From Clostridia bacterium (GTDB lineage: Bacteria > Bacillota > Clostridia > TANB77 > UBA1234): 64,000 nucleotides of DNA. The notes under the pieces were generated by a model. It did not search any database and had not been told where the DNA came from. It saw nothing but the letters and a program-made list of their open reading frames with translations. The stretch covers positions 4,148 to 68,147 of the forward strand of contig JAFXCN010000011.1 of assembly GCA_017521465.1 (NCBI GenBank), written 5' to 3'. Position numbers and translations under genes: made by a program. Shown piece by piece: positions 62,284 through 64,000 of the stretch (position 1 is the first letter of the stretch; each line of letters begins with the position of its first letter).

Positions 62284-63975
62284 ATGGGAAAATATAATAT
62301 AGTAATTAACGATCTAAAGGATATGTTAAATAAAACAAAAGAAATGTTTGCTGAAAGACCAGCATACAAAATAAAGGTGGCACCTGGTGAATACAATGTT
62401 ATTACACATAAAGAAGTAAGAGAAATGATAGATGCTCTAGGAACTGCTTTAATTGATTTAGGGCTAAAAGGGAAAAGAGTTGCCGTTATTGGAGAAAATA
62501 GATATGAATGGGGACTTGCGTATATGGCAACTGTTTGTGGAACAGGTACAATAGTTCCATTAGATAAAGCTTTACCTGAAAATGAATTAGAAGATTTAAT
62601 TGAAAGATCAGAAGTTGAAGCAATCTGTTATTCAGCAAAATACGAAGAAATGGTTTTAAAAATTAAATCAAAAGCTACTAATAGTTTGAAATATTTAATT
62701 ACATTGGATTCAAGTTCAAATGATGAAGTTTATTCACAAAAGGAATTAATTGAAAAAGGTAAAAAATTAATAGAACAAGGAAATAGAGAATTTATAGATG
62801 CAGTAATCAATCCAGATGAAATGAATATAATGTTATTTACGTCAGGAACTACATCAACATCTAAAGTTGTTGCACTATCTCATAAAAATATTTGTTCAAA
62901 TCTAATGGATATACAAGCTACATTAGATATAAATGAAGAAGATAGAGTATTATCTTTCTTGCCTATGCATCACGTTTTTGAATGTACAACAGGGCTTTTA
63001 TATTCTTTACTTGTAGGAAGTCAAATATCTTATTGTGATGGTATTAGATACATAATGGAAAATCTAAATGAATACAAAATAACTTTTGCATGTTTTGTGC
63101 CAGCGATTTATGAAAATGTGTATAAAAATATTGTTAAAAATTTGGAAAAAGCTGGCAAACTTGAAGTAATAAAAATGCTTGAAGAAAAATATAAAGATGC
63201 ATCATTAGCGGAAAAGAAAGCTGTATTTAAAGATATTCATAATTTGTTTGGTGGCGAAATAAGATTATTTGTAAGTGGAGCTGCTGCATTAGATAAAGAA
63301 GTTGCACAAGGATTCAGAAATTGGGGATTTAATTTATGCCAAGGTTATGGTTTAACAGAGACTTCGCCAGTCGTAGCGGTTGAAACAGAAGAAAATTTTA
63401 GAGCTGGTTCAATAGGAAAAACACTTCCACACGTTGAAGTTAAATTAGATAGTGTGAACGAAGAAGGAATTGGTGAGCTTATGGTAAAAGGACCTAACGT
63501 AATGCTTGGATACTATGGTAATGAAGAAGCAACAAAAGAAGCAATACGAGATGGATGGTTCTATACTGGAGACTTAGCAAAAATAGATGAAGAAGGTTAC
63601 ATATATATTTGTGGCAGAAAGAAAAGCGTTATAGTTTTAAAAAATGGTAAAAATATTTTCCCAGAAGAAATGGAAACGTTGATAAACAAAATTGAAGGTG
63701 TTAAAGAATCATTTGTGTTTGGAAGACAAAAATCAGATGACACAGAAGATATTAAAATAAATGCAAAAATAATATTTGATAGAGCTAGCATGGAAGAATT
63801 ATATAATGCTAAAACTGATGATGAAATACAAAAAGCATTATTTAATAAAGTTAAAGAGATAAATGATATAATGCCAAGTTATAAAGCTATTAGAGCAATA
63901 ATTATATCTGAAGAACCATTAATAAAAACAACAACTAATAAAATAAAGAGACTAGAAAATTTGAAAAATATTTAA
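62284..63975 (+). CDS. AMP-dependent synthetase (long-chain fatty-acid-CoA ligase-like)
   Basis: AMP-binding 'LFTSGTTSTSKVV', 'GYGLTET'. Confidence 0.8.
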   Translation: MGKYNIVINDLKDMLNKTKEMFAERPAYKIKVAPGEYNVITHKEVREMIDALGTALIDLGLKGKRVAVIGENRYEWGLAYMATVCGTGTIVPLDKALPENELEDLIERSEVEAICYSAKYEEMVLKIKSKATNSLKYLITLDSSSNDEVYSQKELIEKGKKLIEQGNREFIDAVINPDEMNIMLFTSGTTSTSKVVALSHKNICSNLMDIQATLDINEEDRVLSFLPMHHVFECTTGLLYSLLVGSQISYCDGIRYIMENLNEYKITFACFVPAIYENVYKNIVKNLEKAGKLEVIKMLEEKYKDASLAEKKAVFKDIHNLFGGEIRLFVSGAAALDKEVAQGFRNWGFNLCQGYGLTETSPVVAVETEENFRAGSIGKTLPHVEVKLDSVNEEGIGELMVKGPNVMLGYYGNEEATKEAIRDGWFYTGDLAKIDEEGYIYICGRKKSVIVLKNGKNIFPEEMETLINKIEGVKESFVFGRQKSDDTEDIKINAKIIFDRASMEELYNAKTDDEIQKALFNKVKEINDIMPSYKAIRAIIISEEPLIKTTTNKIKRLENLKNI

Positions 63976-64000
63976 GTTTGCATTCAAGTGTGATAGAATC

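Overview
This is AT-rich (~30% GC) bacterial chromosomal DNA, Firmicutes/Clostridia-like by gene content. About 75 protein-coding genes and no rRNA, tRNA, CRISPR array, transposase or integrase were recognised. The window opens with the conserved translation cluster infB-rbfA-nrnA-truB; an orphan DUF4435 (OLD/AriB-type TOPRIM) gene sits between truB and rlmD. An accessory-looking stretch (7.7-11.1 kb) follows, carrying a protein with a Tpt1/KptA- or diphtheria-toxin-like 'YHGT' ADP-ribosyltransferase-fold signature, a partner gene, a decayed DUF4143 ATPase fragment and two tandem paralogous small Cys proteins. Next comes a long run of small enzymes (cutA, methyltransferases, GNAT, HD, HAD, NUDIX, IspD-like, tsaC), including a 5'-truncated second cutA copy. 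An ABC exporter sits convergent with a C39-like peptidase, followed by pflB-pflA and a GC-rich two-gene island. A GspS-type ATP-grasp gene is paired with an unknown gene, and a DUF2207 gene lies nearby. A TasA/SipW-like secretion cluster has an unusual SipW fused to a polytopic N-terminal domain and two cargo paralogues. The remainder holds a secreted nuclease, a GntR-ABC operon with a perfect palindromic operator, alr, patatin, TetR divergent from feoAB, a second GC-rich island, dapF, mntP and an acyl-CoA ligase. A family of GGACGGACTC-core palindromic intergenic repeats (at least 4 loci) and an odd GC-rich hairpin element between infB and rbfA were also seen. All functional calls rest on motif recognition by eye; nothing was searched against databases.
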